Source: Ramazzottius varieornatus (Eukaryota; Animalia; Tardigrada). From it: a DNA stretch of 64,000 nt. Below are positions 10,500 to 21,621 of the stretch, in pieces. The notes beneath the pieces were generated by a model. It was given only the letters and a program-made list of their open reading frames with translations. It made no database searches and was not told where the DNA came from. Each line of letters begins with the position of its first letter. Position 1 is the stretch's first letter. The position numbers were made by a program, and so were the translations under genes. The stretch spans positions 434,001 through 498,000 of the forward strand of contig BDGG01000005.1 of NCBI GenBank assembly GCA_001949185.1, given 5' to 3'.

Positions 10500-13210
10500 A
10501 TGACGCCAACCGGTGGAGAGGCGACTGTAGATGCTCCTGATGTGTCTTCTGTCAACGCTGATGTATCCGTGAACTTCCAAAGCCATGATAGGATACCAGA
10601 ACACGTGGTTGAAAGTCTGATCAGGCTTGTATGGAAGACGAGGGAAATCGCCCGAGACAACTTGTTCGGCTGGTCTCAAGGTAAGAACTGACTCTACGGT
10701 CTACTACCTCCTCTCCAGCTGGATTAATCCGACGTGTCATTTCGGTTTATCGTTTAATACTCTTGTAGGATTCACCTTCAGCAGCGCTGAACCTACAGCG
10801 CTCATCCAGCTCCATGGAGGACCATGTGCCGTCATCGCTCCTGTTCAGGCCTACCTGTTGAAAAATGCGATTTATACCTCACCGAATTCTAACGCGGACC
10901 CGAGATGGCGAGAAAAAAATGGTAAGCAGATTCATTCATAGCATTGTTGATGGTATGATAGATGGTTTCAACTGGTTTAGATTATTCCAAGACAATAAAA
11001 TTACTGTTTTTCCTTTCAGGAAACGAAGTTCTCCAGGCCACCTTTCTGGAATTATTTTCCTTGCTCGACGTTAGTCACTTCACCCTCGTGCTTCCTTTTG
11101 GGAATCCAGCAAAGAGAAACGCCGATGCTATGGTACATGACGCGCCGGAAAATCCTGACTCGTTTGAACGTGATTTTCATTTGAACCTCAGGTTAGTGAA
11201 ACCGTTGGTTCTTCATGTCAAGTACCAACGCTGCCCGTCAAACTTTCCCGTCTGTTGCAGGATACAGAAGTTTTCTTCGCTAAACCAACTACAGAAGTTC
11301 CTGACCGACCATCCCACTCTCTTTTCTTCTTCCTTTGGCATTTTGCGGTTTCTTTATTCATTAATTCTTAGCAAGGTAAGAAGATAACTAAACTGGTATT
11401 TGGCGATGACGTCGGTCGCCGACTGTACGAGTTCCGGAAACGAACATCTGCCAGAATTGTATCAGGGTCAGCCGGGATCTCGCTAGAACGAGAGTTTTGC
11501 TGTCGAGCTTGGCATCGGTTTCATGCTGCGATTTGTGTGTTGGAGCAGACGTTATTGTCATTCGTCAATGATGATTTTCCGCGTATGGACGTCGTAAAAG
11601 CTGACGTCATCGCGGAAGTCAAATCCTCTCGCTTTTGATTCTTATAAGCAGGGTGGTCTGATTTCCATAACCGGAAGTATGTTTTAGACAATTCAAAAGA
11701 TAGAAGATGATCTGGAAGATCCATCGGAGCCTTTAATTGACGCAGCACATGGTCATGGCAAGTAAGTACTGCGCCTGAGCGTTATAGTCCAGTGTCCACA
11801 CTCTCTGAACTCATGTTTTGTTTTCCAGTCAACCGTTAACCAACTTGATCATAACCGGAAGAGCAGTTAACAATGTATGGGACGACGTCAAGGAATTCGG
11901 TGGGCTGCGTGAGTAATATCGCATATGTATTTCAGAAAATACTTGGTAATTCTGAACTGTTCAGTTTTACACGACGCCCTCTATAGGTTTACAAGGAATA
12001 CACTTCCGCCCAGCTGTGGGGTACCTCAGTTTGCTGGAAAACATGCGATACGTTGAAGTGGGTCGTTCCTTTTCTAGTTTTCTAGAATAACTGGATGCTT
12101 CACATACACTTAATAACTTCGTTTTTGTGATCAGGTCGGATTTTATCTGAAATGCCCTCAGTATCCCAGTAAGTTGTACCGTATGGCTTACTTCCGCGGT
12201 CATGCCTACGATCCGTGTTCACTACATTAACTACTTCTTGCTGTAGTTTGGCTTCTGGGCAGCGAGACGCACCTCAGCATAATCTTTGCCCTGGTAGGGA
12301 GAGTTCGAGGGTCTGAAGCAGTACTGTAATGCTCCATGAACTTCCCGAAACACGTCATCATACGCGAACAGTTGAACACCGGTCCGAAAATTTCGCCGTA
12401 CCAACACCCTAAGGGATGTTTCACGCGTATGATGACGTGCTTCGCGAAGTTGATGAAGCATCACAGTATAAAAGGGCCTCGACGCTATTATGGAGAGTTT
12501 TCCTACTTTAGATACCTTCATTAGTCACTTCGGAAGCAGAAGAAGCGGCTGCGATAAGAGTATTCAAGCAATATGACGAACACGGTAAGTGTTCAACAGG
12601 CTAGCCGATTCTGCTTCTACAAATATTTCTGTTTGCGTGTATCCATATCTGGCAGTTTTGTAGGTAGTGGGTTTATCGATACCGGAAAGCTGAAGGACGT
12701 CCTCACCCAACTGGACCTGTTTCGAGAAGATGACTAGTAGGGATGTTTGTTTATCGGATTTTGTGATGTGATTCCTCTGATGAGTGTTTTCATTCCCAGC
12801 GTCAAGTCGTTGCAAGACAAGCTAGACAAAGATAATCTGGGCCTGATACTGAGGTCAGATTTCCTATCCGAGTTCTTCCCGCACACCAACAAGTTTAACA
12901 ACTCCAAGCCCTTCTCTGTCTATCATTATAACGGCCTGCTACGCAATGGAGATACCCCGGTTTGTAGTGTTTATTTGCAAGCGCCATACTCTTCTTTGTA
13001 TTGCGTCTCACGTTTGTCTTTTGCTAGGTGAAGTATCATCATGGACGAGCGACAATACTCGAAGTGGATGTGGACCTGCAGATAATCGACATACCCGAAG
13101 ACTGCGGCAACGGCATCGACTCCGACTCTGCCATAGTCCGATGTCTACGTACCAAGTACCCTAGGGTGCAAATCGTCTGGGATGATAACAAAATCCCATC
13201 GATAAATTAA
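10500..13210 (+). CDS. MINDY3: Ubiquitin carboxyl-terminal hydrolase MINDY-3 (FAM188A), multi-exon
   Basis: WSQGFTFS..ALIQLHGGPCAVIAPVQAYLLK (catalytic Cys), HGHGSQ..LIITG, WLLGSETH (catalytic His), FSVYHYNGL, RCLRTKYP. Confidence 0.92.
12322..12468. mobile_element. MITE family B copy in a MINDY3 intron
   Basis: About 45-bp imperfect TIRs (TACTGTAATGCTCCATGAACTTCCCGAAACACGTCATCATACGCG / CGCGTATGATGACGTGCTTCGCGAAGTTGATGAAGCATCACAGTA), TA at both ends. Confidence 0.75.
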
Positions 13211-13292
13211 AATTTCATGTTGAGTAAGTTTTAGTTTTCTGTTTGCGTTTTATGTACAGTGTGAAGTACGTTTTAAAAAATTATGTTCGGAC

Positions 13293-13410
13293 ATCGGCGA
13301 TAACTTGAGCATGATCGGTTCTCCAAGCGGCGCACACTTTCAGCCAATATTAGCAGGAGCGTGCGCCAATGAATCTGACGATCCTGTTCCGTTCATTTGC
13401 CGACATCGGA
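13293..13410. mobile_element. MITE family A copy (downstream of MINDY3)
   Basis: GATCGGTTCTCCAAGCGGCGCACACTTTCAGCCAA..GCGTGCGCCA..TTTGCCGA. Confidence 0.7.
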
Positions 13411-13913
13411 GTTGTCGAATAGACTTTGAGAGCGACTCAGTTTTATGCTGGATTGGCGATGGCAAGCATCCCACGTTCACGCCTGTGGCGTTGCAATAAA
13501 GGGTTCCACCTAGATGCCAATCATGCCCATTGGTTCAAGGGGATGATATCGGATTGCCGATTGACTTGATCCATAGATAGTGAGGAGCGTAGTCATTACT
13601 CATGCTCGTATGCCTTCTTGAGCCTGTACGCGCACCAGTTACGTGCTCCTTGTCGAGGAAGGGGAGTCCGCGCCAGTATTTAATGGCTGCGAACTAGGAA
13701 ACAGCCGAAGATGGGCATTTTGTTTGCCATGAAGCTTACGATCTGAGTGCGTGGTTTTTTCTAAATTTACTGTCTGCGTTTTGCCCCAGTGCCTCGAAAT
13801 CAGCCAGTAAAATGAACGAAACCTAGGAACGTTCGCGCTTTTTTTTCTCGTTCGGACTTGGGTTGTGACCCAAGAGTCTGTTCTTTTTTTTGGTTGCACC
13901 TAAACTGGGTGGC

Positions 13914-16377
13914 ATGGAGCGATGTTTTCGGATATTTCTGCAAGTGCTGTACTTACTGCTTTCAGAACAATGGGTGGGTCCTTGAGTCTTGCCGTCAGAC
14001 TGTTACCATTTGACCGTCATACGAATGGTTCTTCACACTTCTTATTTTTATAGATTCGCACAGACGCAATACCGGAAAGGAACTGGCAAGCGTCTCGCAT
14101 CATCTTGGCTGATGAGTCCGGGGAACCCATTCGGCCTTCCATGGACGACGCGGAAGCATTTGGAGAAGTTCCGGGTTCGGGAGAAGAATCGCTGGAGGCA
14201 CCATTCTTCACAGCATTCAATCCGCCGGTCAATCATGAGAAGACAATTGAACTGGCACGAGCGGATAACCTTCAAGACTTCACGGTCAAGAGAAGCCTCA
14301 AAACCACCTACGGACAGTCAAATTCGAGGTCTCCTCAGAGCAAAGCCAAATCAAGTAAGTTTTTCGAACTGGCTCAGCTTGACGTTTCCAAAACCAGCCT
14401 AGAATTGAAAGCTTGATTTCTTCGACAGTTTCTCGAATTTTCTCATTTCTTTAGCTGAAACTATTACGTGTCTTGATAGTAACAGATCAGATAGTACTTT
14501 CTACCTTGGAGCAGTAGTACAGTACTTTCGCTCGACCGCATTTCGTTCTCTGAAACTCGTCCTGCAGTTAAGAGCGAAACATGAATATTTGATGATGTTA
14601 ACCTTTCCTTCGTCATTACAGAATATTCCAGATGGATGAACGATGTGCTAGCGGCTCGTGGTGTTGCCAGTACCCGCTACCAAGTGGGACAGAAAAAAGA
14701 GTATGAAGCTTCTCATAAAGGTAGCCTCTTTTCCCTACAACAACTCTAAAATTCCCTGTATGCGCATCGCGAATTTGGCATTTCGAGACCATTCGTTTTA
14801 CACGTACTAATAGCTCCAGACTACGTAAGAACACGCATGATCCCACCGGAGCATGTTTCACAGTCGTCTGGGTGCTTTACACTACAATGAGCTTAAACAG
14901 CAACAAACGCGGCGCTTACGTAGTTTGTTTGCCCATCAGTTTTGTGGGTTATTGAAGTTGGTTCTGGATATTTGCAGACAATTTCCAGTGCGGTGTACAA
15001 AAGGTCGCGCCGAACGACAGGTGGAACCCTCGCGGTGACGTCATGCCGGCTGTCGACAAAAGGCGAGTTGAAGCGCGCCGCCACAGCTGGCCTTGGCAGG
15101 TTGACATTTTCTTCTGGTAAGTTAGGTCTACTCGTACCTCCTCGGCTTCTGTCATTAGCCATCTTTCCCATCGTTCACGCTACTGTGCATTCCTAGAAGA
15201 ACCCGTTTACCTTTTTCTGTGTGTCCCAGGCGGGTAACTAATGACACTGCCGTGCGCGTCCATCTTTGTGGGGGAACATTGATTGACAGATGGCATGTCG
15301 TGACCGCAGCGCACTGCAACATCATCCGAACGCAAAACTTTGCACTGGGGTCGGTTCCTTGAAATACGTGGACTGAACCTTCTCACCTCATCTTGTATCT
15401 CAATAACAATGTTGATTAATCGTTGCACCGTTCTCATTAGACGACCAAAGAGTTATTACGTCCGTGTGGGGCAGCACTTCCGGTCCGCTGAGAAAGATAC
15501 CGTGCAGACAATTCGCGTGGAGAAGTTCATCGATCACCCACTGTATAATGATTCAGGTACGTCATTCACTTGTCCAAGCATTGTTCTGAGCGGTTATTCA
15601 GTTTGATATACTGTGACCCAGCATTATTTATAGTCTCCGAAGGAGATCAACAAATCAAGTTCTTTCTCTTCAACGATATTGCGTTTCTACGCCTTGATCG
15701 TCCTGTCGAGCTGAGGTTCGGTATTGCTTACGATGTAATTTCGAGACTGTTATTTACAACTACTCTCTTCGTAGTGATGAAGTTCATCCCATCTGCCTGG
15801 ACTTGACAGGTGGCCCGTCCTTCGGACCGGGATCCACATGTTACGCCACTGGGTGGAGCCTCGATGAGTTTGACTACCAGAAATGGATAAAAGGTGTGTC
15901 AAGAAACTTGATATTACTCAGAAACCTTTCAGCATCACTGCGGTGACGTTAATGATATTTCTTTACAGGAGAGTACTCCGAAGTTCTGAACGAGAGCAAA
16001 TCGAAAATTGCGAAGGACTCTTTCTGCGCCAAGCATCATTCCGGATACAACCCGGATGTTACTTTGTGCACAAAGTACTACCCGGGACATTACTCCTGTC
16101 ACGGTGACAGCGGAGGTAATTCGTAGTTCGGGTATCACGATGGTATCAGGATATGTGGTGGGTTTTGCTGTCAGGATACAGCAGTTCGTGTTTAGGTCCG
16201 CTGCAGTGCGAACGGGATGGACGGTTCTATCTCGTCGGTATTGTTAGCTACGATGTAGCGACCTCCTGTCGTACGACAGGGATGACTTACTTCACAAAAA
16301 TACGCGGAGTGCAGAACTGGCTGCAGACAATGGTTGAGAAATCATTCTTAGAAGTTACTGATGGGCAGTTGCGATAG
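13914..16377 (+). CDS. Secreted chymotrypsin-fold (S1A) serine protease with long propeptide, multi-exon
   Basis: Signal-like first exon, QCGV, EARRHSWPWQ, HLCGGTLID, VVTAAHC (His57), NDIAFLRL (Asp102), HPICL, CYATGW, SCHGDSGGPL (Ser195), LVGIVSY. Confidence 0.88.
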
Positions 16378-17041
16378 CGTTTGCCTGCGAAACTATCATC
16401 ACAAGTACCCGCTGAAGTTATCGCTCCCATAACCCGTGTTCTTTGAACGCATCCGATACTACTTTTCAGTACTCGTATAGCATTTTGATATGGTTTCTGT
16501 GGAACTGAAACTGCTAAAGCTGCTGGCTGGTTGGCTGACTGATTAAACACAAAAAAATACACTAATTGAATAGGATAAAATTACAAGTGGAGTCTTACGG
16601 TGCGATTTATTGACAAGGATTATTTCGGTTGCGGATTTCGCTTCTTCGTACCGGTAGAAAAGTCCTCAATACGTCGATGTACTGGTTCGCGACACTCGTG
16701 TGAAAATCCCCGCAGTAAAGATTACACAAAGTTTCACCAAAACACCAACTGTCCGTTGCAGAACCTGCAAGGTAACTTCTGAATGTTGCAGCGTTGAGAA
16801 TGTAGTTTTTTCCTGACCTCTGCACTTCGAAAGAGCACTTCCGGTTCCCGGCTGACATGCTAACGGGCGTGAATGCTCTGTCATGAGATATGTCATGTTA
16901 GATAGGTGTGTCATGTCGACACTACGTCCGGGGACAATCAAAGATTTTGATTTGGACGATCTTGCTTCCGATTTCTTCCTAGAGTTTAGAACTTCAGAGT
17001 TTAGACCACTTCGTTCCTGTTTTCATGGCGCTGATGACAGA

Positions 17042-17665
17042 ATGCTCCACGCAGTATGGAACGCATGCAAGTTTGTTGGAGTAGCCATACCCGTCTCGAT
17101 AACGTTCCTGGACAATGTGGGATCAGTCGCGCGCGTGCATGGATCGTCGATGTGGCCGACTCTCAACGGAGAGCGTTCAAACAGTCCGGACTATGTCTGG
17201 CTCAACTCCTTCGCCACCAGGAATTTCACAGTCGAGCGAGGAGATATCATCGCATTCACTTCCCCTACCGACCCCAACAGAGTTCTCATCAAGCGCGTAG
17301 TTGGATTGGAAGGCGACATCGTACAGTCTTCTTCTACGCGATATAGCAACCTCCGGATACGGCAGGGCTTCGTCTGGATGGAAGGCGACAACAAGGACAA
17401 GTCGATGGACAGCAATACTTTCGGACCAGTACCTCGTGGACTGGTACTGGGGAAAGCTTCACTGATAATATGGCCTCCCGCACGCTTCCGACGGTTAAAG
17501 ACGGAAGCAGATCGGTCATACCCGTCCGTCCTGGTGGAAAACGGATTCGCCACTACGAAGAACCAGCCCGCCTTTACTTCACCCAAGATATCTCCAACTT
17601 CCCCGAGTGATGTACCAACTGGTGTCTTTGCTTCTGACGATTCTGCTGATGGAATTAAAACGTAA
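17042..17665 (+). CDS. IMMP2L: Mitochondrial inner membrane protease subunit 2 (S26), intronless CDS
   Basis: ARVHGSSMWPTLN (catalytic Ser), LIKRVVGLEGD (Lys), WMEGDN, SMDSNTFGPV, IIWPPAR. The frame is open upstream to 16883. Confidence 0.9.
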   Translation: MLHAVWNACKFVGVAIPVSITFLDNVGSVARVHGSSMWPTLNGERSNSPDYVWLNSFATRNFTVERGDIIAFTSPTDPNRVLIKRVVGLEGDIVQSSSTRYSNLRIRQGFVWMEGDNKDKSMDSNTFGPVPRGLVLGKASLIIWPPARFRRLKTEADRSYPSVLVENGFATTKNQPAFTSPKISPTSPSDVPTGVFASDDSADGIKT

Positions 17666-17980
17666 AGCCGGTACGGAATTTTGTCTTTATTTTGCCACTT
17701 GGACAGTTTTCATTTTTGAACTTTCTGTGATAGAAAACACGGGCTATGTTGTGTGCCAACAGGAGTAATAAAACGAAGAAAACGAGGAGGTACTTCCGGT
17801 GACACTGTAAAAATTCCAGCGACGAAGAGAGAAAGAGCACCTGAACACTGCAGCGAATTACTGGCTGTTAACTTACGTTAGGTTCTACATACGACTCCCT
17901 GAAGCACCAATCCAGAAATCTGCGGAAAGTCCGAACTCGGTCTGGTGGCTCGGCGGAAGGGTACATTTCGAGTACGAGAG

Positions 17981-19702
17981 TCAAGGATGGAAGATAAAAT
18001 GGACAATAATGGAGGCGTGGAAATGCTGCGTGTCGTACTTGGCGATAACTCTTCTGTCGGTGACGGGGTCCCACAGCTGCCGCGTTGAGACGATTACGTC
18101 TTGGGATGTCTTTGGGATCACTGTTACGAAGTACCCATATTTGTACCTGAAAAGATACTGGTCAGTTTGAATACTATGCAGTAACATATTTACTATAACT
18201 CTGCGGCTTGGCTTTGTAGGTCCGCTGTAAGGGCGTTTCAAGCGAGGACCTTACGGCATACCGTAGGAAGTTCAAAGTTGAAAGAGTGGATGCAACATCC
18301 TCGCAAAGAATTTGAGATAACAGCCTCAGTTTCGAGGACTTGGCATCGCCGAGCCTGGTTATCCGGTAATGTAATATCCCTTTTAGAATTTTCTCCAGCA
18401 CAGAGGTCCGAATTTTACAATCGGGAGTAGTTCGATAGCTGGGTAAAATGTCCCATGCAGCCTGGAATATCCAGCAAGAATAAACATTGATCAAGCTCGG
18501 CAAGATTTTGACTACCAACATACCGCTTCATTGAGCTTATCTTCATCCTCCATTTTGAACATTTTAGCAACCGGTTCTTTATCATCTTGATAACTTTTGA
18601 TATATCTTTTCAGGATAGCGGGTACTTCATCCTCCTTGTCGGCGCCCTCAGGTATGGTATAAATCTCGTACGGTTCCATGTCGGATTGTACTTCCGGGTC
18701 CTGCAGAAGGAGGGGATGAAAATCGGACGGAGGTGCAATTGATCTACTTCCATCCTCATAGTCAGGTCCCGGAAACCGGTCTTCACCTTCGCCCTCGGGA
18801 GCTCGTGTCTCTCCAGTCGGCTTCTCCTCCACACGCGTTCCCGGTGCTGTTCGAGAAGACCTGGACGATGGCAGAATCTGATTTGGTTCAGTTTGAGGTA
18901 CGGTCGTACTTTCGGGAGGTAGATCTTGTGGCGGGACAATAGTACCGATCAACGGAGCTTCGGCTAACTTTTGCGCATGTTCGACTATCTTTATCGATGT
19001 ACCACTGAGCAGTTCTTTCAGTTGTAACTGACCAATTGCTGGTTGTTTTTCCAGGATAGCAGTGCCTTCCGGCTCGCCTGTCTCATCAGCATCGGCAAGT
19101 GCAGTCTGAACGGAGTAATCCACTTCGGTCAATACTTCGCTCGTGACAGATCTAGCGCTGTCCAAATTACCTCCTTCGGGTCCTGGGTGTTGTTCGGCGT
19201 TACTCGCAGGGCTGTCCTTTGCGTTCTGTTTTTGACCGTCACCCAACAGAAAATCCACGGCGCTCTTGTCATCTTCCACGTTAACTTCGTTCTCTCTTAT
19301 TTCGATGTTGTCAGGGTTTGTTGTTGTTTCAGGAGTTGTTTCGGCGAGCATAGGAGGTGCGTCAGTGGGCTCAGGAAGTGGTACTTCTCCAGTAGCGACT
19401 TGCGAGTTCGGAGGTGGCCCATCAGTAGAACCGTTATTTGCAGCATCGCCGCCAGTTACGGGTTCCTGCACTTTAGAAGCCCCGAACGTTGTTTCGGTGG
19501 GCGCAGGTAAGACCGCACCATCAGTGGGTTCAGCAGCATTGGTTACATCAGCTGGGACAGCCACGGCGGCGACAGGGAGAGCCGTTTCCGTGGCCGCCGG
19601 CGGGGGAGCATCAGTTGGAGAAGCTTCTGTCGGCTGAGCATCGACCGGCTGGACGTCAGGCAACACGGTAGGGTCTTCGACTGGTTTCTCCGGTTCCGCC
19701 AT
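17981..19702 (-). CDS. Tctex-1 domain (dynein light chain Tctex-type) protein with about 390-aa acidic, Pro/Thr-rich N-terminal extension
   Basis: Three exons. The C-terminal domain reads PSYRTTP..LEKILKG..NFLR|YKYGYFVTV..QDVIVSTRQLWDPVTD..ASIIVHFIFHP, matching the Tctex RYK..LWD..D pattern. Confidence 0.75.
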
Positions 19703-19961
19703 TTTGATACAGATCAACGATGCAGAGTGTTCGGAAGTATGTTAGACGGACCTCGACTTAAAGGCGTATAGCACTGTCATGGAAACTTTTTCCTGGTTCG
19801 ATCATCGGTTAACGGCGACCGATCGTGCGTTTCACGCAAGGGAAGCGATACTGCTGTCCGAACATCCCAATTACGTTGAGATACCTGAACGGAAATCACT
19901 CACAGTACTTAATTCATTTCTAATGTTGAGTGTTGTTACACTTTAATGTTATTTTTTTAGA

Positions 19962-20618
19962 CTATGGAATGATCTTCTTGGACCGGAAGTAGTTCTTGAG
20001 ATACAACACTTGCCAAACATTAACCGCTAATAAAGCAACCATTCCCACCACCGACAGGGTCAGAAACAAAGAACTGGTAGCGATGTGTGCGAAGCGGACT
20101 TTCGTCATGGTATTGTCGTTTTCGTTCATCTGAGCCACTATGACGTCGGAGAACTCTTTCACCAGGAGAATATGATTTTCTACGTGCGACAAGTTGGTCT
20201 TCCGCCACTCCCTTTCCATGCGACGCATTCGGCTATCCATGTCCATGGTATTGATGATCGACAAATTCACCGTTTGCTTAGCCGCATCAGGTTTCAAGTT
20301 CCTCCGCAGACTGTCGTTGGCAAACCTACTTTCGAAACACACAGTGAATCGATCGTTGTGATCCACGACGAAAGTAAACTTTCCCTGAGTCGCCGATAGT
20401 TTCTGGTATACGATGTACTCTTCTTTGTCGTTAATTTTCAGGTCGACTTGCATAGCAGCTTTTGTCTCTTCGGATGGTGTAATGTTGTAAGCTCCTGCAA
20501 TGATAACTTGGGCGGCCACGTCGTCCGAGAGACATCGTGGATGACCAGGAAGCAAATAAAACTGGATTCCAGATGCACATTTGCAGGCTAGGGCGAAGAA
20601 AATCCACAAAGGAAACAT
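19962..20618 (-). CDS. p24/emp24 GOLD-domain cargo receptor, delta (TMED10-like), intronless
   Basis: Signal peptide, two-Cys GOLD domain (RCL..GKFTF..VCF), coiled coil, TM helix, tail WQVLYLKNYFRSKKIIP. Confidence 0.85.
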   Translation of the reverse strand: MFPLWIFFALACKCASGIQFYLLPGHPRCLSDDVAAQVIIAGAYNITPSEETKAAMQVDLKINDKEEYIVYQKLSATQGKFTFVVDHNDRFTVCFESRFANDSLRRNLKPDAAKQTVNLSIINTMDMDSRMRRMEREWRKTNLSHVENHILLVKEFSDVIVAQMNENDNTMTKVRFAHIATSSLFLTLSVVGMVALLAVNVWQVLYLKNYFRSKKIIP

Positions 20619-21621
20619 TTTGCCATTGACAATGTCCACGGGGACTAGACAACCACAGGCAATGCTCTTTTTCTTAGGATTCGAAAGAGCTGAGAGTCTG
20701 TACATTGAGAATCACGTTTTATTGCACCGATCCCGAAATTCGAAAACTGCCTGGGAGCTAGCACTGGGCTTCCACTTCCGGGTGGGACCTGTTGTAATAA
20801 ATGTGTGACTCATGCGTCCCCAGCTGACATCGATTGGCTTGGTGGAACGCTCCCAAAAACTTCGTTTCTGTGTAGCGTGGTTAGTCACGTCAGTCAAATC
20901 AAAAGGGCTACATGCCCGAATGTCGTTTGGAATAGCTTTGACTGGTGGTTTTCTTAAAGACTTAGCCAAATATCAGAATCGCGGGACGGTCTGCCAAAAC
21001 GAAGCGGATGAGCGTACTTTGGGCCGTCGTATGTGTATACTAAAAAATCCCCCGTCCAACGCTGGTTTGGAATGTTAATTTTGGATAAGGGGGCGAAGTT
21101 GGAAAATTGGATTAGAATTCCCGTTGTTGCTCTTTGCCATTTTTCAAGTTCTGAGATTTCAGAACAACTTCACCTCGTCTGTTTTGTCTAGAATCGAAAA
21201 TCGAAGCTTCGCTGGAACAGTGGATCGAGTTCAGAGTTACTGGGCTCCAACACCTAAGGATCTGGAAGCCATCTGACGGACCGGGACCGGATTTGCGAGG
21301 CATATCTTCGACGGAAATCACACCCTCCTGCTCCGCCTTATCTCCCGACATCCCACTTTACAAATCTCTGCTATGTGAACAGTGTAAACGGTAAACCTCT
21401 TGATCTACGACGATTGATGACTCTAATAAGAATGGACAGTATTTTCTCACCGTAAGTATTCGTGGAACGTGTCGTATAATTCCTTACCATCACTGTGAGC
21501 GAATAATTAACTTCGTGTACTCTTTCAGACATCCGAAATAGAAAAAAAGGCCTCTAACTCCTGGCTTGAATGCAAGGAAGCTTTTTAACCAGCTCAAGTT
21601 CTGCCAAGCATTCTGCACAGG

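Noticed and set aside
11565-11622. C/D snoRNA-like ATGATGA..CTGA in a MINDY3 intron
   Set aside because: The boxes are too close together. The segment is better explained as a small imperfect palindrome.
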